Shown: positions 10,175 through 20,365 of the stretch, one piece after another
Position numbering within the stretch: position 1 is the stretch's first letter
Layout: each line of letters opens with the position of its first letter
Assembly (NCBI GenBank): GCA_002321895.1
Contig: DCMZ01000015.1
Span: 80,136 to 144,135, forward strand
Direction: 5' to 3'
DNA length: 64,000 nt
Source of the DNA: Bdellovibrionaceae bacterium UBA1609
GTDB lineage: Bacteria; Bdellovibrionota; Bdellovibrionia; Bdellovibrionales; UBA1609
The notes under the pieces: generated by a model
What the model was told of the DNA's origin: nothing
Databases searched by the model: none
What the model saw: only the letters and a program-made list of their open reading frames with translations
Made by a program: the position numbers and the translations under genes

Positions 10175-11132
10175 TACCTACTTTTTTATCAGCATCATCG
10201 GATTCGCCATCTTCGTCTTTTCCATCTTCCGACGACTCCAAACGACTGTTGATTTCATCAATCGTGGCCTGAAGCTGCTCCACAGTCTCTTCGTGACTTC
10301 CTGGCTCTACAAATGGAACCACTTCGCTGGCCGTTTCCTCGGCAAGCGCTGCTTCCACTCGATGCTCATTGATTCGAGGCAAACGCTCTTCAATGGCAGA
10401 CCACACCCGTTCTACCCTTTGAGGAATGGACGCGTCGATAGCTCCGAAATTAGACTCCAGAATACAACCCCCATTGTCTAATTCCTCGTCCACTTCGATT
10501 TTTACATTCTTCATAAACTCGACGGACTGATCATTCTTTTCGCGCAGAGTCCCTATGAAAAGGGCATCGTCTTCTGAGAGTTTAATGACCACTCGCTGAT
10601 CGGACTTCAACTCAAGAAATAGCTGTTCAATGATTTCTACCAATGCTTCAGGACTGGACTTAATCTCAAACATTGCAATTTTTGATGCGATCGCGTGTAT
10701 GAGTCGCATAATTTCAGCTTCGCTCTCAGCATGAACTTGAGTCACCAAGTCTTGCATGGTTCCTATTATAACATCTATGTCTTCCACTTTTCTGGCCAAA
10801 GCTTGTTGATTTTCTTTGAAAGCTTTTTCAGTTCCCTCAATAAGGCCCAATTCATAGGCTTCCTGATAGGCTTTTTCTTGAATATCTTTTAACTTTTCTA
10901 ATGTCTGTGCTTCCACTTCGGATTCAATTTTTTGCCTTTGCTTTTCAGCAATACCCGTTTGCTCCGCCACTAGGTCACTGATTTTAAAATCGGAGCTTTT
11001 TAACTGTTGTGATCGAAGAAAATCATTGGACGACTTTGTGATCTGAATTGGAAAAATCTTAGGCTCGTAAGTGTATACGATAGAATCCTTTTCCTGGTCT
11101 TCCGATGATATTATATGTGAAAACTTCTCCAT
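10167..11132 (-). CDS. fliH: Flagellar assembly protein FliH
   Basis: AYQEAYELGLIEG repeat region and GGCILESNFGAIDASI; lies between fliG and fliI. Confidence 0.9.
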   Translation of the reverse strand: MEKFSHIISSEDQEKDSIVYTYEPKIFPIQITKSSNDFLRSQQLKSSDFKISDLVAEQTGIAEKQRQKIESEVEAQTLEKLKDIQEKAYQEAYELGLIEGTEKAFKENQQALARKVEDIDVIIGTMQDLVTQVHAESEAEIMRLIHAIASKIAMFEIKSSPEALVEIIEQLFLELKSDQRVVIKLSEDDALFIGTLREKNDQSVEFMKNVKIEVDEELDNGGCILESNFGAIDASIPQRVERVWSAIEERLPRINEHRVEAALAEETASEVVPFVEPGSHEETVEQLQATIDEINSRLESSEDGKDEDGESDDADKKVGNE

Positions 11133-11149
11133 GCTTTCCTTTCAAACAA

Positions 11150-12190
11150 TTAGACCAATGCGTCTTCAGATCCACCACGTGCAATAAGTATTTTACCCTC
11201 AGCTTCGAGTCGGCGAGCCACATTAACAATCTCAACTTGCGCACCTTCCACATCCGAAAGACGTGCTGGCCCCATATTAGCCAGATCCTCACGAAGGATA
11301 GTGGCGGCACGTTGAGAGATATTCTTAAAGATTTTACCTTTGATCTCTTCATTAGCTGTTTTAAGAGCCAGAAGAAGTTTATCGTTCGGGATATCTTTAA
11401 GCATAGTTTGAATTCCTCGGTCATCAATTTTGATGATGTCTTCAAATACAAACATAAGTTTTCGGATTTCTTCGGCAAGAATAGGATCTCTTTCCTCAAT
11501 CCGAGACATGATCGCACCTTCAGTGTTTTTATCCATAACGTTAAGCATCTCTGCCACCGGCTGCACCCCACCCAGTGTGGCTTGCTCCATAGTACCAACG
11601 CTGCTCAATTCTTGCTTCAACACTCGATCCACTTCGCTAATTAATTCTGGTGATACGTGATCTAGATTAGAAAGACGCAAAACCACTTCCGCTTGTAGGG
11701 TTTCAGGCAAGCGCTTTAGCACCTCACCTTTTTTCTCTGGCTCTAAGTGGGCCAATATCACAGCTATAGTTTGAGGATGCTCGTTTATTAAAAAATTCGA
11801 AAGAGACTTTGCATCCACGAGTTCCAAACTTTCCAAACTTCTTGACGCAGGAGAGTTCATGTTTAAGTGACCAAGGATACCACGGGCTCTTTCTTCGCCA
11901 ACAGCATCCATCACTGTATCTTTACTCGTAGTTTTCTCGGAGAAAATATAATCCTGAGCTTCAGAGATGAGTTCATAAAACTCTTCCAACACCTTTTTCG
12001 TCACACCCACGGGAACCACTCGATAGCGAGTCATTGTACTTAAGAGCTTTCTAATATCCGCATCATCTGCATCTTTAAAAAGAGTTCTGGCCGCTTCTGG
12101 CCCCAGATAATTGAGAAGAATGGCCGCTTTTTCAAAGCCGCTTAACTCTTCGTAAACTACATTATCAACTTTCATAATTTTAGTACTCAT
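11150..12190 (-). CDS. fliG: Flagellar motor switch protein FliG
   Basis: KAAILL, EHPQTIAVIL, MFVFEDI, NISQRAA motifs. Confidence 0.97.
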   Translation of the reverse strand: MSTKIMKVDNVVYEELSGFEKAAILLNYLGPEAARTLFKDADDADIRKLLSTMTRYRVVPVGVTKKVLEEFYELISEAQDYIFSEKTTSKDTVMDAVGEERARGILGHLNMNSPASRSLESLELVDAKSLSNFLINEHPQTIAVILAHLEPEKKGEVLKRLPETLQAEVVLRLSNLDHVSPELISEVDRVLKQELSSVGTMEQATLGGVQPVAEMLNVMDKNTEGAIMSRIEERDPILAEEIRKLMFVFEDIIKIDDRGIQTMLKDIPNDKLLLALKTANEEIKGKIFKNISQRAATILREDLANMGPARLSDVEGAQVEIVNVARRLEAEGKILIARGGSEDALV

Positions 12191-13836
12191 GGGTCTTTCC
12201 TAACCATCCAAAGAGCAAAAGCTCCGGAAGCCTTTTCGTTATCAGAACTAATGATCGACATGATTCTTTCTTTAAGTAATTCACTTTCCGCTTTATCCGG
12301 ATCTAGTGTTTCCTCGAGAACTGGCAATGCTCCGCTCATTCCAGGTAAAGTATTATCAACCGATTGCAGTTCTTCCAATTCTTCTATAGTTCTTGGCAAC
12401 ATGTCCTCCACTGTGTCCTGGAAGGAGTCTGTGATCCATCTCATAAACGGTCGAACTACAATGAAGAAAAACATGGTGAGAGAAAATCCCAGTAGGGTCC
12501 ACTTAAAGAGAGATCGAATCAGCTTCTTTCTATCCAGTACCGCTTCCAAACGTTCAGCCTCGGTAAAGTCCTCTTCTTGGAAACGCATATTCTCTATTTT
12601 AACAGTGTCTCCTCGTTGGGTGTTAAACCCAATCGCATTTTGAACCAATTGTTGGTATTTTTGTATTTCCTCTTCCGTTCGAGGTGTATATTCTTGAGAC
12701 AATTTCCCGTCTTCACCGGTTATATTTTTAACCATTCCATCCACGAGAACAGCGACCGTAATTCTCTCGATACCACCCGCTGCTTCCTGAATATTACGAA
12801 CAGTCGTTGGAACCGCATAGTTTGTAGTTACTAGTTCTTTATTCACATCCTGGTTAAATCCCACTTGTCCCTGATCTTGGGCCCCGGGAAGATTCGCTCG
12901 AGCCCCCGGAATTCCCGTAGGATTAGTTCTTCTCCCGGCGAGACTTTCCGTCTCTGCCACTGAACTTCTCACAGCAGTTCTGTCGGGATCTACTGTTTCC
13001 TCTACACTGGAAATCTTCCTAGGATTTAATTTAACATTGACCCGCGCGATAACTTTTCCCGCTCCTACCACCTTCTGCAGGATCGACTCAATTCGCTCTT
13101 CCATGTTTTGTTCAACACGCTTTTGCATTTCAAATAATTCAGACGATTCAGAGGAAGCGGTATCTGATGAACGAGTGAGCACCTTCCCTCTATGATCTAG
13201 AACGGTCACATTTTCTGAACGTAGATCTTCAACAGAGCTTCCCACTAGATTTCGAATTCCACGAATTTGATCTCTATCTAAGTGCTTTCCTGGATGGAGC
13301 TCAACCACAACAGATGCTGAAGCGGCCCGTCCCTCTTCAAGGAACGTCTTCTTCGCTGGCAATGCCAGAATTACTTTCGACCTTTTAACAGATGCTAATG
13401 AGTTGATCGCTCGAATCAACTCCCCTTGCATTGCTCTTTGATAGTTAATTCTCTGGGCATAGCTGGTAGTTCCAAACTCTTGCTTTTCAAAAAGCTCTAA
13501 TCCAATATTGCCAATATCTGAGGTGCCCAACTGAGACATGATTACCATTTGAGAGGAATGCAAAAGATGAGCTGGAACCTTAATAAGGCTTCCACTTTCA
13601 TCCAACTCAAATGGGATATTATTTTGTTTGAGCTTTTGTACTACAAGTGGCAGCTGATCCGACGGCACATCCTTTAACAGCATGGCATAGTTTGTCCGAG
13701 TCAACATTGTAGAGACGATCACCGTCGCAACCATTGCAATCACCGCAGACATAATCACTGAGACACGCTTTACTGGCGTCAGCGACTTATAGAATTCCTT
13801 AAATTGTACAACTAAATTACCTATGACTTTATTCAA
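12187..13836 (-). CDS. fliF: Flagellar M-ring protein FliF
   Basis: Two TM segments; GLELFE...NYQRAMQGELIRAI; ASASVVV; GIPGARAN. Confidence 0.96.
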   Translation of the reverse strand: MNKVIGNLVVQFKEFYKSLTPVKRVSVIMSAVIAMVATVIVSTMLTRTNYAMLLKDVPSDQLPLVVQKLKQNNIPFELDESGSLIKVPAHLLHSSQMVIMSQLGTSDIGNIGLELFEKQEFGTTSYAQRINYQRAMQGELIRAINSLASVKRSKVILALPAKKTFLEEGRAASASVVVELHPGKHLDRDQIRGIRNLVGSSVEDLRSENVTVLDHRGKVLTRSSDTASSESSELFEMQKRVEQNMEERIESILQKVVGAGKVIARVNVKLNPRKISSVEETVDPDRTAVRSSVAETESLAGRRTNPTGIPGARANLPGAQDQGQVGFNQDVNKELVTTNYAVPTTVRNIQEAAGGIERITVAVLVDGMVKNITGEDGKLSQEYTPRTEEEIQKYQQLVQNAIGFNTQRGDTVKIENMRFQEEDFTEAERLEAVLDRKKLIRSLFKWTLLGFSLTMFFFIVVRPFMRWITDSFQDTVEDMLPRTIEELEELQSVDNTLPGMSGALPVLEETLDPDKAESELLKERIMSIISSDNEKASGAFALWMVRKDP

Positions 13837-13864
13837 GTTCTTACCCCTTCAATACTCAAATCAA

Positions 13865-14194
13865 CTACACTTGCATCTTCATAACTTCTTGGTAGGCATC
13901 AATGATTTTATTGCGAACCTGAGTCATAAGTTTCAAAGCAATATCTGCTTTTTCCACTGCTATCATTACTTCTGGAATATTTTTTTGCTCGCCCGTCGAC
14001 AGTTTTTCAACCATGACGTCGGCACTTTTCTGGAGATCATTCACTTTGCCAACAGCTTGTTCTAAAGTGTCAGAGAATGAAGGGCCCTGAGCATCCATCC
14101 CCGCGTCTTTCTTCATTCGATCCGCGCGAATTTCACTCTGTGTTTTTCCTGTTTGTACGAGGCTTTCTGCCGTCGATATTGTTAAACCTTCCAT
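13865..14194 (-). CDS. fliE: Flagellar hook-basal body protein FliE
   Basis: C-terminal VRNKIIDAYQEVMKMQV. Confidence 0.96.
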   Translation of the reverse strand: MEGLTISTAESLVQTGKTQSEIRADRMKKDAGMDAQGPSFSDTLEQAVGKVNDLQKSADVMVEKLSTGEQKNIPEVMIAVEKADIALKLMTQVRNKIIDAYQEVMKMQV

Positions 14195-14230
14195 GGCTTA
14201 TCCCTTTTATTTATATTAGCAAATAATCCG

Positions 14231-14668
14231 TTATCTTCCTATATTTAAAGCACTCATCGCCATATCTTTAGTGGCTTGCATAGCCGAGACATTAGCCTCG
14301 TAGGCCCGTGTGGCCTGAATCATATTTGTCATTTCTTCCATCAAGTTTATATTTGGATACGCTACATACCCATTTGGATCAGCGTCCGGATGATTGGGTT
14401 CATACTTTAGTATAGGAGCTTTCCTATCTACATGAACATCGGTAACCTGCACCCTCTGTACCTCGGTTTGTGGAGTTGTTGATAGCACTTCTCCAAAGGA
14501 TCTTTGCTCCGGCATGGATTCAAAAATGACGTCTTTTCTTCTGTAGGGTCCACCTTCTGGCGTGCGAGTGGTATTTATGTTTGCGATATTTGAAGATATC
14601 GTATTCATTCGCATTCTCTGCGCCGTCAAACCACTACTCGATACACGCATAGCTTTAGAGAAATCCAT
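14231..14668 (-). CDS. flgC: Basal-body rod protein FlgC
   Basis: SNIANINTTRTPEGGPYRRK; YEPNHPDAD..GYVAYPNIN; RAYEAN. Confidence 0.97.
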   Translation of the reverse strand: MDFSKAMRVSSSGLTAQRMRMNTISSNIANINTTRTPEGGPYRRKDVIFESMPEQRSFGEVLSTTPQTEVQRVQVTDVHVDRKAPILKYEPNHPDADPNGYVAYPNINLMEEMTNMIQATRAYEANVSAMQATKDMAMSALNIGR

Positions 14669-15081
14669 TATCTACCTCCCTCGGTGGCCGCATACCTAAT
14701 TGCTCCGAGTTTTTTATTGATAAGCTCCAAGGCAGCCTTATAGAGAATGGTATTCTCAGCCAACTCAGACATTTCCCTCTCTAAGTCCACTGTATTGCCA
14801 TCATTTCTCATATTTACATCTGGATTGTCATAAATATCCGCCTTTATATTTGCCATTGAACCCTTACCGATGGCCATATGATCCGGGTGATTCGCGTACA
14901 TTCCGCGCAGACCTTCAGTGTCCAAAGCCCGCTTAAGAGCCGACTCAAAATCCATCTTTTTAGCTTTGTACCCCGGCGTCTCCGCATTGGCGATATTCGA
15001 GGAGATGGTATTATTTCGCAGCTGCCGAAAATTAATCGACGCTGCTAATCCATCTGTGGTTTTGTCAAAGATTCCACTCAT
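14668..15081 (-). CDS. flgB: Basal-body rod protein FlgB
   Basis: SNIANAETPGYKAK; DGNTVDLEREM. Confidence 0.96.
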   Translation of the reverse strand: MSGIFDKTTDGLAASINFRQLRNNTISSNIANAETPGYKAKKMDFESALKRALDTEGLRGMYANHPDHMAIGKGSMANIKADIYDNPDVNMRNDGNTVDLEREMSELAENTILYKAALELINKKLGAIRYAATEGGR

Positions 15082-16028
15082 GCCACTACCTCTTGCTTGT
15101 ACTCATTAATTTTATTTCTAAGAGTCCTAATACTAATACCTAAGAGTCGAGCCGCCTGTGTGCGATTTTGTTTGGTGTAATCCAAAGTTTTAAGAATCAG
15201 CATTCGCTCCGCTTGTGCCACTGTCATTCCTGGCCTAAATCGACTGTCCACATTTGCTACCACTTGAGTTTCATCGATGATCACTCGCTCAGCTGGGATA
15301 TCTTGTTCTGGATTCAAAAGAACACTTCTTTCGATAACGTTTCTTAACTCCCTTACATTCCCGGGCCATTTCCATTCCAAAATCTTATTGAGAGCATCAG
15401 CAGACAATCTTTTTAAAGGAAGTCCATTCTCCTGACAGGCCATCTCAACAAAAAACTGTGACAACAGCTCGATGTCCTGTGGTCTTTCTCGTAATGCAGG
15501 GATACGAAGCGGAATGACATTGAGACGATAGAAAAGATCTTCCCGAAACTCACCCTTTTTAACCATATCTTTTAAGTCACGGTTTGAAGTGGCTATCAGG
15601 CGAACATCTACTTTAATGGGTTGGCTGCCACCCACACGCTCAATTTCACTTTCTTGAATAACACGCAATAGTTTACTTTGAAGTAAAAGTGGAAGTTCAC
15701 TAATTTCATCCAATAAAAAGGTACCCGTGTGAGCTAACTCAAACTTACCCAGCTTTCTTTGGATAGCTCCTGTAAAGGCTCCTTTTTCATGTCCAAACAG
15801 CTCACTTTCAATCAAACCTTCCGGAACCGCAGCACAGTTAATGGCATAAAAGGGCTTAGAAGCTCTATGACTTTTAGCATGAATGTATCGTGATAAAAGC
15901 TCTTTACCCGTTCCAGATTCTCCCATAACCAGGATGGAGGCCTTGCTCGCGGCGACGTTGTCCGCCATGACAAGCAAGTTTTTCATCATTGGATCGGCTG
16001 TTTGTATTACCCCAAACTCTTTGTTCAT
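15078..16028 (-). CDS. sigma54 enhancer-binding protein with no N-terminal regulatory domain (AAA+ and Fis-HTH only)
   Basis: GESGTGKE, GAFTGA, LLDEI, WPGNVREL and NRTQAARLLGISIRTL; the AAA+ domain starts near residue 7; overlaps the flgB start. Confidence 0.92.
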   Translation of the reverse strand: MNKEFGVIQTADPMMKNLLVMADNVAASKASILVMGESGTGKELLSRYIHAKSHRASKPFYAINCAAVPEGLIESELFGHEKGAFTGAIQRKLGKFELAHTGTFLLDEISELPLLLQSKLLRVIQESEIERVGGSQPIKVDVRLIATSNRDLKDMVKKGEFREDLFYRLNVIPLRIPALRERPQDIELLSQFFVEMACQENGLPLKRLSADALNKILEWKWPGNVRELRNVIERSVLLNPEQDIPAERVIIDETQVVANVDSRFRPGMTVAQAERMLILKTLDYTKQNRTQAARLLGISIRTLRNKINEYKQEVVA

Positions 16029-16032
16029 AGTC

Positions 16033-18810
16033 TCACCTTTTCATTGCTGGTAAACGGTTAATATATTTATTGTAAGTATCTTCCCACTCGGCATTTTTAA
16101 GTTTCTCCTGGGCCAACTGGTTGTAGAAAACACTCTTCTCGGGATCTAACTCAGACCAAACTTTTTCAGCCCCTTTTAAATCATTGAGTCCGTAGAGAAT
16201 ATCGCCCACTTTATAACGAACGGATTCCAAAGAATCGTCACCTTCGTATTTGTTCAATAATTTCATAAAGGCCTCGACTGCCGCTAGCCTTCGCCCTTGG
16301 CCAAAAAGCGCTTCACCCTTTAAGCGCATAGCTTCCATCAGCTTGTCTTTATGAGGCTCTCTATGTTCATCTGAATCTAACAGATTGATGGTGTCGTCAG
16401 CCGCAACTTCAGCTTGTATGTAGCTCTTTGTCTTTAAATTGAGTTCGGCCATTTTTAAATATGCCGGAGCCAATAGGGCTTCGTCGTCTTGCCAACCATT
16501 TATAAACTTTTTCAAAAAGCCTATGGCTGATTTAGCATCACCTCGTTGCTCATAGACCTTTGCTGAGATAGCCACTCGCTCCATTTGCTCTGATGGCGAA
16601 AGTTCGGATTTACCCACTATACTAGTAAGTCTTTTAAAAGCCTCTGGATACTTCCGCTCTTCTAGGTAGGTATTTGCCAATCGTAAGTTCACTGTATCGC
16701 GGCTAGGAAGATGCTCATTCACCTTACGTTCTACCTCTTCACGTGTTCCCGCAATCTTCTTAAGCCTTCCAGCAACATTCTGATAAATACTATCTGCTTC
16801 TTTGTAGACACCAGCCATCTCATAGGCTCTACCGCGAAAGAAATCGATATCGATACGATCCACATTCATAAGCCATGTTTTGTTGTATTTAGAATACAAC
16901 TTAAGCGCTTCTAAAAAGTCACTTTTTCCAATTTTTTCTTTAATACTGTCGGCGATATTATCCACGATCCTCTTTTGGAAAAATTCTAAGTTCGCAGATG
17001 TTGGATTTTTCTGATAGTAGCTCACCAAATGCTCTAAAGCCGTATCAAAATCTTTTCTGTGTCTATAACCCTTTGTTGTCATGAGAGTAACGAATTCGTG
17101 AATCTTCTCTAGTGGTGATGTTTCAATAATCTTTTCGAACTCACCTAGAGTTTTGTTCAACTCTTTATCCGACATGTTTTCCATTTTTTTACTCATTAAT
17201 CGAATTCGAGCAATCTGTGCTCCCGGAGATTTTTGGAATCTGAAGTAGCTTTCCAAAAAGGCCCCTTGAACACGCTTTTCATCAGCACCAAGAATACCTA
17301 GAATCTCGCCGATTCGAGTGAGGGCATAGGCGTTGTGTTCATGGTCGGGAAAGGTTTTTACAAAGTTGAGATAGCTGTCTAGAGACCTTTTATACTCTCC
17401 TAACCAAAATAGTGACTCCCCTTTATTATAGTAAGCATTGGGGAATTTAGTGGCAAAAGCCGCATGCTTTTCCAGGGCTTCATCATATCTCTTAACTGCC
17501 GTTTTGTAGTCTCCCGCCTTAAACTGAGTATCACCTTTTCTATAGGATGCTTCAGCCGCCGCAGCAGGATAACGATGTTCTCTCTCCAAATCAGCGTACA
17601 TATCATTTGCGTCATCATATTTTGCAAGCTTGGTCAATGAGTCTGCCATTGCAATTCGCACTCGATCGACCTCAGGAGAGTCGGGATAGTCTTTTAAAAA
17701 TCTTTGAAATTTTTGAAAAGCACTTAAACCGTCTTCACGCTTAACGTCTATATAAGCCAAAAGAAGTTCTGTTCTCTCTTTTAAAGGTGATTCAGGAAAC
17801 TCTCTAAGCACTAGGTTGTAGCCTTTACGCGCCTGGTTGAGATGAAACTTATCTCCCTCAGCTAACCACATGTTAAAATGCACATCAGCAGTCATAAACT
17901 GAACGATTTGTCGGTAGACACTGTCTGGCCACTTTAAATCAAAGAACTTTTTTGTCTCTAAAAACGCTGCATATCTTTTTTTATCAAAGAAAGTCTTTAA
18001 AAGCCGAACATGTTTGTTCTCTTCCGTATCTTTAGGTCGAATCACATATTCAGGGGGGAACTCAAGAAGATTCGGCAGTTGATTCACCGGCATATCTAAC
18101 ATTGGAAATTTAATATAGATATTTTGCTGGCTCGCTATGATTGCCTCTTCTTTAATTTCATAGTCTTTAATTTTAAATCTCAAGTAATACGGATCACCAC
18201 TATCATAGACCCCTTTATGAAATCGAATGTCTGTCTGTTTATCTATTCCTTCTTGTTTATCGACAAAATTTTGCAAATCCACCAACAACTCTCCGGCAGG
18301 AGTGCGTTTCTGTCTTTGCATTTTCATATACTTGGAACGATCTACTTTTTTTGGCTGAACAGCCACCTTCTTCTTTGCATCCGCAGCCTTGCGCCTTTTT
18401 TCGGCAACATCTTTGGCGCGTTCTGGATCTTCATACACATCAATGATTAAACGAGAAGGCTCATCAGTTAGATAATCAAAGCTATCCACAATTTCTTTTT
18501 TAAAGTTGAGAACCAGTCTTGCTTGCCCATCGGTACCATACCGGTCCACTGTAACTTTTTCTATCAATCGATCATTCCACTTAGAGAGCCTATCTTTTGT
18601 CTCTGCATTAATTTGTGGCACCAAGACTTCTACCTGATGAGCGGACAATCGGTTCACTGTGTATTGCCAGTCTTCCTTTCCGGAAAACTCAAAGTGTGTA
18701 GTATCGCCAATCAAAGAGACTTCACCATTGACGAGCTGTGCTCGAGCTTCCCCCAATAGACCAAGGGTCAGTGAAATCATTAAAAACATAACTTTAATTG
18801 CCGTTTTCAT
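16033..18810 (-). CDS. Large exported TPR-repeat protein heading the flagellar operon
   Basis: Signal peptide ending ARA, beta-rich N-terminal domain, many TPR-like helical repeats (e.g. AYYNKGESLFWLGEYKRSLDSYLNFVKTFP). Confidence 0.85.
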   Translation of the reverse strand: MKTAIKVMFLMISLTLGLLGEARAQLVNGEVSLIGDTTHFEFSGKEDWQYTVNRLSAHQVEVLVPQINAETKDRLSKWNDRLIEKVTVDRYGTDGQARLVLNFKKEIVDSFDYLTDEPSRLIIDVYEDPERAKDVAEKRRKAADAKKKVAVQPKKVDRSKYMKMQRQKRTPAGELLVDLQNFVDKQEGIDKQTDIRFHKGVYDSGDPYYLRFKIKDYEIKEEAIIASQQNIYIKFPMLDMPVNQLPNLLEFPPEYVIRPKDTEENKHVRLLKTFFDKKRYAAFLETKKFFDLKWPDSVYRQIVQFMTADVHFNMWLAEGDKFHLNQARKGYNLVLREFPESPLKERTELLLAYIDVKREDGLSAFQKFQRFLKDYPDSPEVDRVRIAMADSLTKLAKYDDANDMYADLEREHRYPAAAAEASYRKGDTQFKAGDYKTAVKRYDEALEKHAAFATKFPNAYYNKGESLFWLGEYKRSLDSYLNFVKTFPDHEHNAYALTRIGEILGILGADEKRVQGAFLESYFRFQKSPGAQIARIRLMSKKMENMSDKELNKTLGEFEKIIETSPLEKIHEFVTLMTTKGYRHRKDFDTALEHLVSYYQKNPTSANLEFFQKRIVDNIADSIKEKIGKSDFLEALKLYSKYNKTWLMNVDRIDIDFFRGRAYEMAGVYKEADSIYQNVAGRLKKIAGTREEVERKVNEHLPSRDTVNLRLANTYLEERKYPEAFKRLTSIVGKSELSPSEQMERVAISAKVYEQRGDAKSAIGFLKKFINGWQDDEALLAPAYLKMAELNLKTKSYIQAEVAADDTINLLDSDEHREPHKDKLMEAMRLKGEALFGQGRRLAAVEAFMKLLNKYEGDDSLESVRYKVGDILYGLNDLKGAEKVWSELDPEKSVFYNQLAQEKLKNAEWEDTYNKYINRLPAMKR

Positions 18811-18873
18811 CTTACCAATCTCTGAGACCTTAGTTGTGCATAATTTTCACTGGCCCCCGCTACACATTGATAA

Positions 18874-18890
18874 AGCAGAATCGATGCCAA
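18874..18890 (-). promoter_or_regulatory. sigma54 promoter for the TPR-flgB-fliJ operon
   Basis: Minus strand reads TTGGCAT-CGATT-CTGCT, about 65 nt upstream of the start at 18810. Confidence 0.75.
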
Positions 18891-19031
18891 TTTCTACTGC
18901 AACTGAATGGGGATAATATTGCCGACGGCAGGTTTTACTTATTGTTTTATTGGCAGTCGTGACAATCTCATGACTCTAACAAAAGTCTATACCGACTAAA
19001 GTCTTCATCTTCTTTTAAACAAGTGCTATCT

Positions 19032-19060
19032 CTAATATGAATTCATACAACCCCCGATAA
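19032..19060 (+). promoter_or_regulatory. sigma28-like promoter for the lipoprotein-mla operon
   Basis: CTAAT...CCCGATAA (-10 at 19053-19060), 26 nt before the ATG at 19087. Confidence 0.5.
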
Positions 19061-19086
19061 GAATTAAGACAAGCTCTGGAAATTAC

Positions 19087-19602
19087 ATGGAAAGTACGCA
19101 ACTTAGACAACACATCTTGATCACCTTCTGCCTTTGGCTCTCAATCGCCTTATTGGGGGGATGTGTATCTATAAATATTCCTAAATCAGAAGCCGTTAAA
19201 GCTTCCAACATTCAATTTAGCCCACCCTCTACTCCATATATAAGGATTGATTTGGATGAGCTCGACAACACTTGGAAGAATCCTTCAAATGGGAATACCA
19301 TTTCCTTTTTAAGTAATTGCAACGATCCCTCGGACCCTTCTCTCAAGGGCATTCGAACAGAAATCATCGCAAGAATTGAAAATTCAAAAATAGAAAATGA
19401 AAGCTACTTTAACTATAACAACCGCGGAGCTCTCCGGTCCCAAATCACGGGACGGGTAGAGGGTGTCTCCACACAATTTGATGTGGTCATATTAAAAAAG
19501 AATTCCTGTATCTATATTATAAATTATGTGGGTTCCGAGAAAAGCTATCAGGTTGACCTTGAGACATTTAATAATTTTATCGAAGGGTTTAAAGTTCAAT
19601 GA
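19087..19602 (+). CDS. Hypothetical lipoprotein, first gene of the mla-like operon
   Basis: Lipobox LGGC; stop overlaps the mlaE start. Confidence 0.7.
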   Translation: MESTQLRQHILITFCLWLSIALLGGCVSINIPKSEAVKASNIQFSPPSTPYIRIDLDELDNTWKNPSNGNTISFLSNCNDPSDPSLKGIRTEIIARIENSKIENESYFNYNNRGALRSQITGRVEGVSTQFDVVILKKNSCIYIINYVGSEKSYQVDLETFNNFIEGFKVQ

Positions 19603-20363
19603 CCCTTACCTATCGATTTATATCTCTTATTGGTGGTTCGAGCCTTCTTTTCAAAGAGACGGTTCGACAGATTTTTAGGGGTAAGTACGAATGGAACGCA
19701 ACATTCTATCAAATCTATGCGGTTGGGGTGGCCTCGTTTCCCGTGGTTATGGTTACCACGATGAGCATAGGAATGGTTATGGCTTTGCAATTTGGTATTG
19801 GTCTAGCAAAGTTTGGTGGGTCACTTTATATACCTAAAATTGTATCTCTCTCCGTAATCAAGGAGTTTGGTCCCGTTTTTGCCTCTATTATGGTTGCGGC
19901 AAGAGTGGGCTCAGGTATGACCTCTGAAATTGGATCTATGGTGGTTACCGAGCAAGTGAACGCCATACAAGCCTTAGGCACCTCACCCATTAAGAAAATT
20001 GTTGTTCCAAGAGTCGTCGGACTGTTTATTGCTTTACCTGTTCTTTGTGTTGCAGCCAACATACTCGGTGTTCTTGGTGGCTTTATTGTGGGAGTGCACG
20101 ATCTTGGACTAGACCCCATGTTTTACTATCAAAAGATTTTTGAAACCTTAAAAGTCTCGGACTATCTCTCCGGATTTGGGAAGACGTTCTTTTTCGCTCT
20201 AATGATTTCAGTTTTTGCTTGTTACTACGGTTTGAATGTAAAGGTTGGTACAAAAGAGGTGGGCTACGCCACCACTAAATCGGTTGTGACCTCCTGTATT
20301 GCCATAATGATTGGTGATTATTTCCTTACCAAACTTTTTTGGTTATTCGAGGTTTGGATTTAA
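19599..20363 (+). CDS. mlaE: MlaE-family ABC permease
   Basis: KEFGPVF..IMVAARVGSGMTSEIGSMVVTEQVNAIQALG; EVGYATTKSVV. Confidence 0.92.
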   Translation: MTLTYRFISLIGGSSLLFKETVRQIFRGKYEWNATFYQIYAVGVASFPVVMVTTMSIGMVMALQFGIGLAKFGGSLYIPKIVSLSVIKEFGPVFASIMVAARVGSGMTSEIGSMVVTEQVNAIQALGTSPIKKIVVPRVVGLFIALPVLCVAANILGVLGGFIVGVHDLGLDPMFYYQKIFETLKVSDYLSGFGKTFFFALMISVFACYYGLNVKVGTKEVGYATTKSVVTSCIAIMIGDYFLTKLFWLFEVWI

Positions 20364-20365
20364 TT

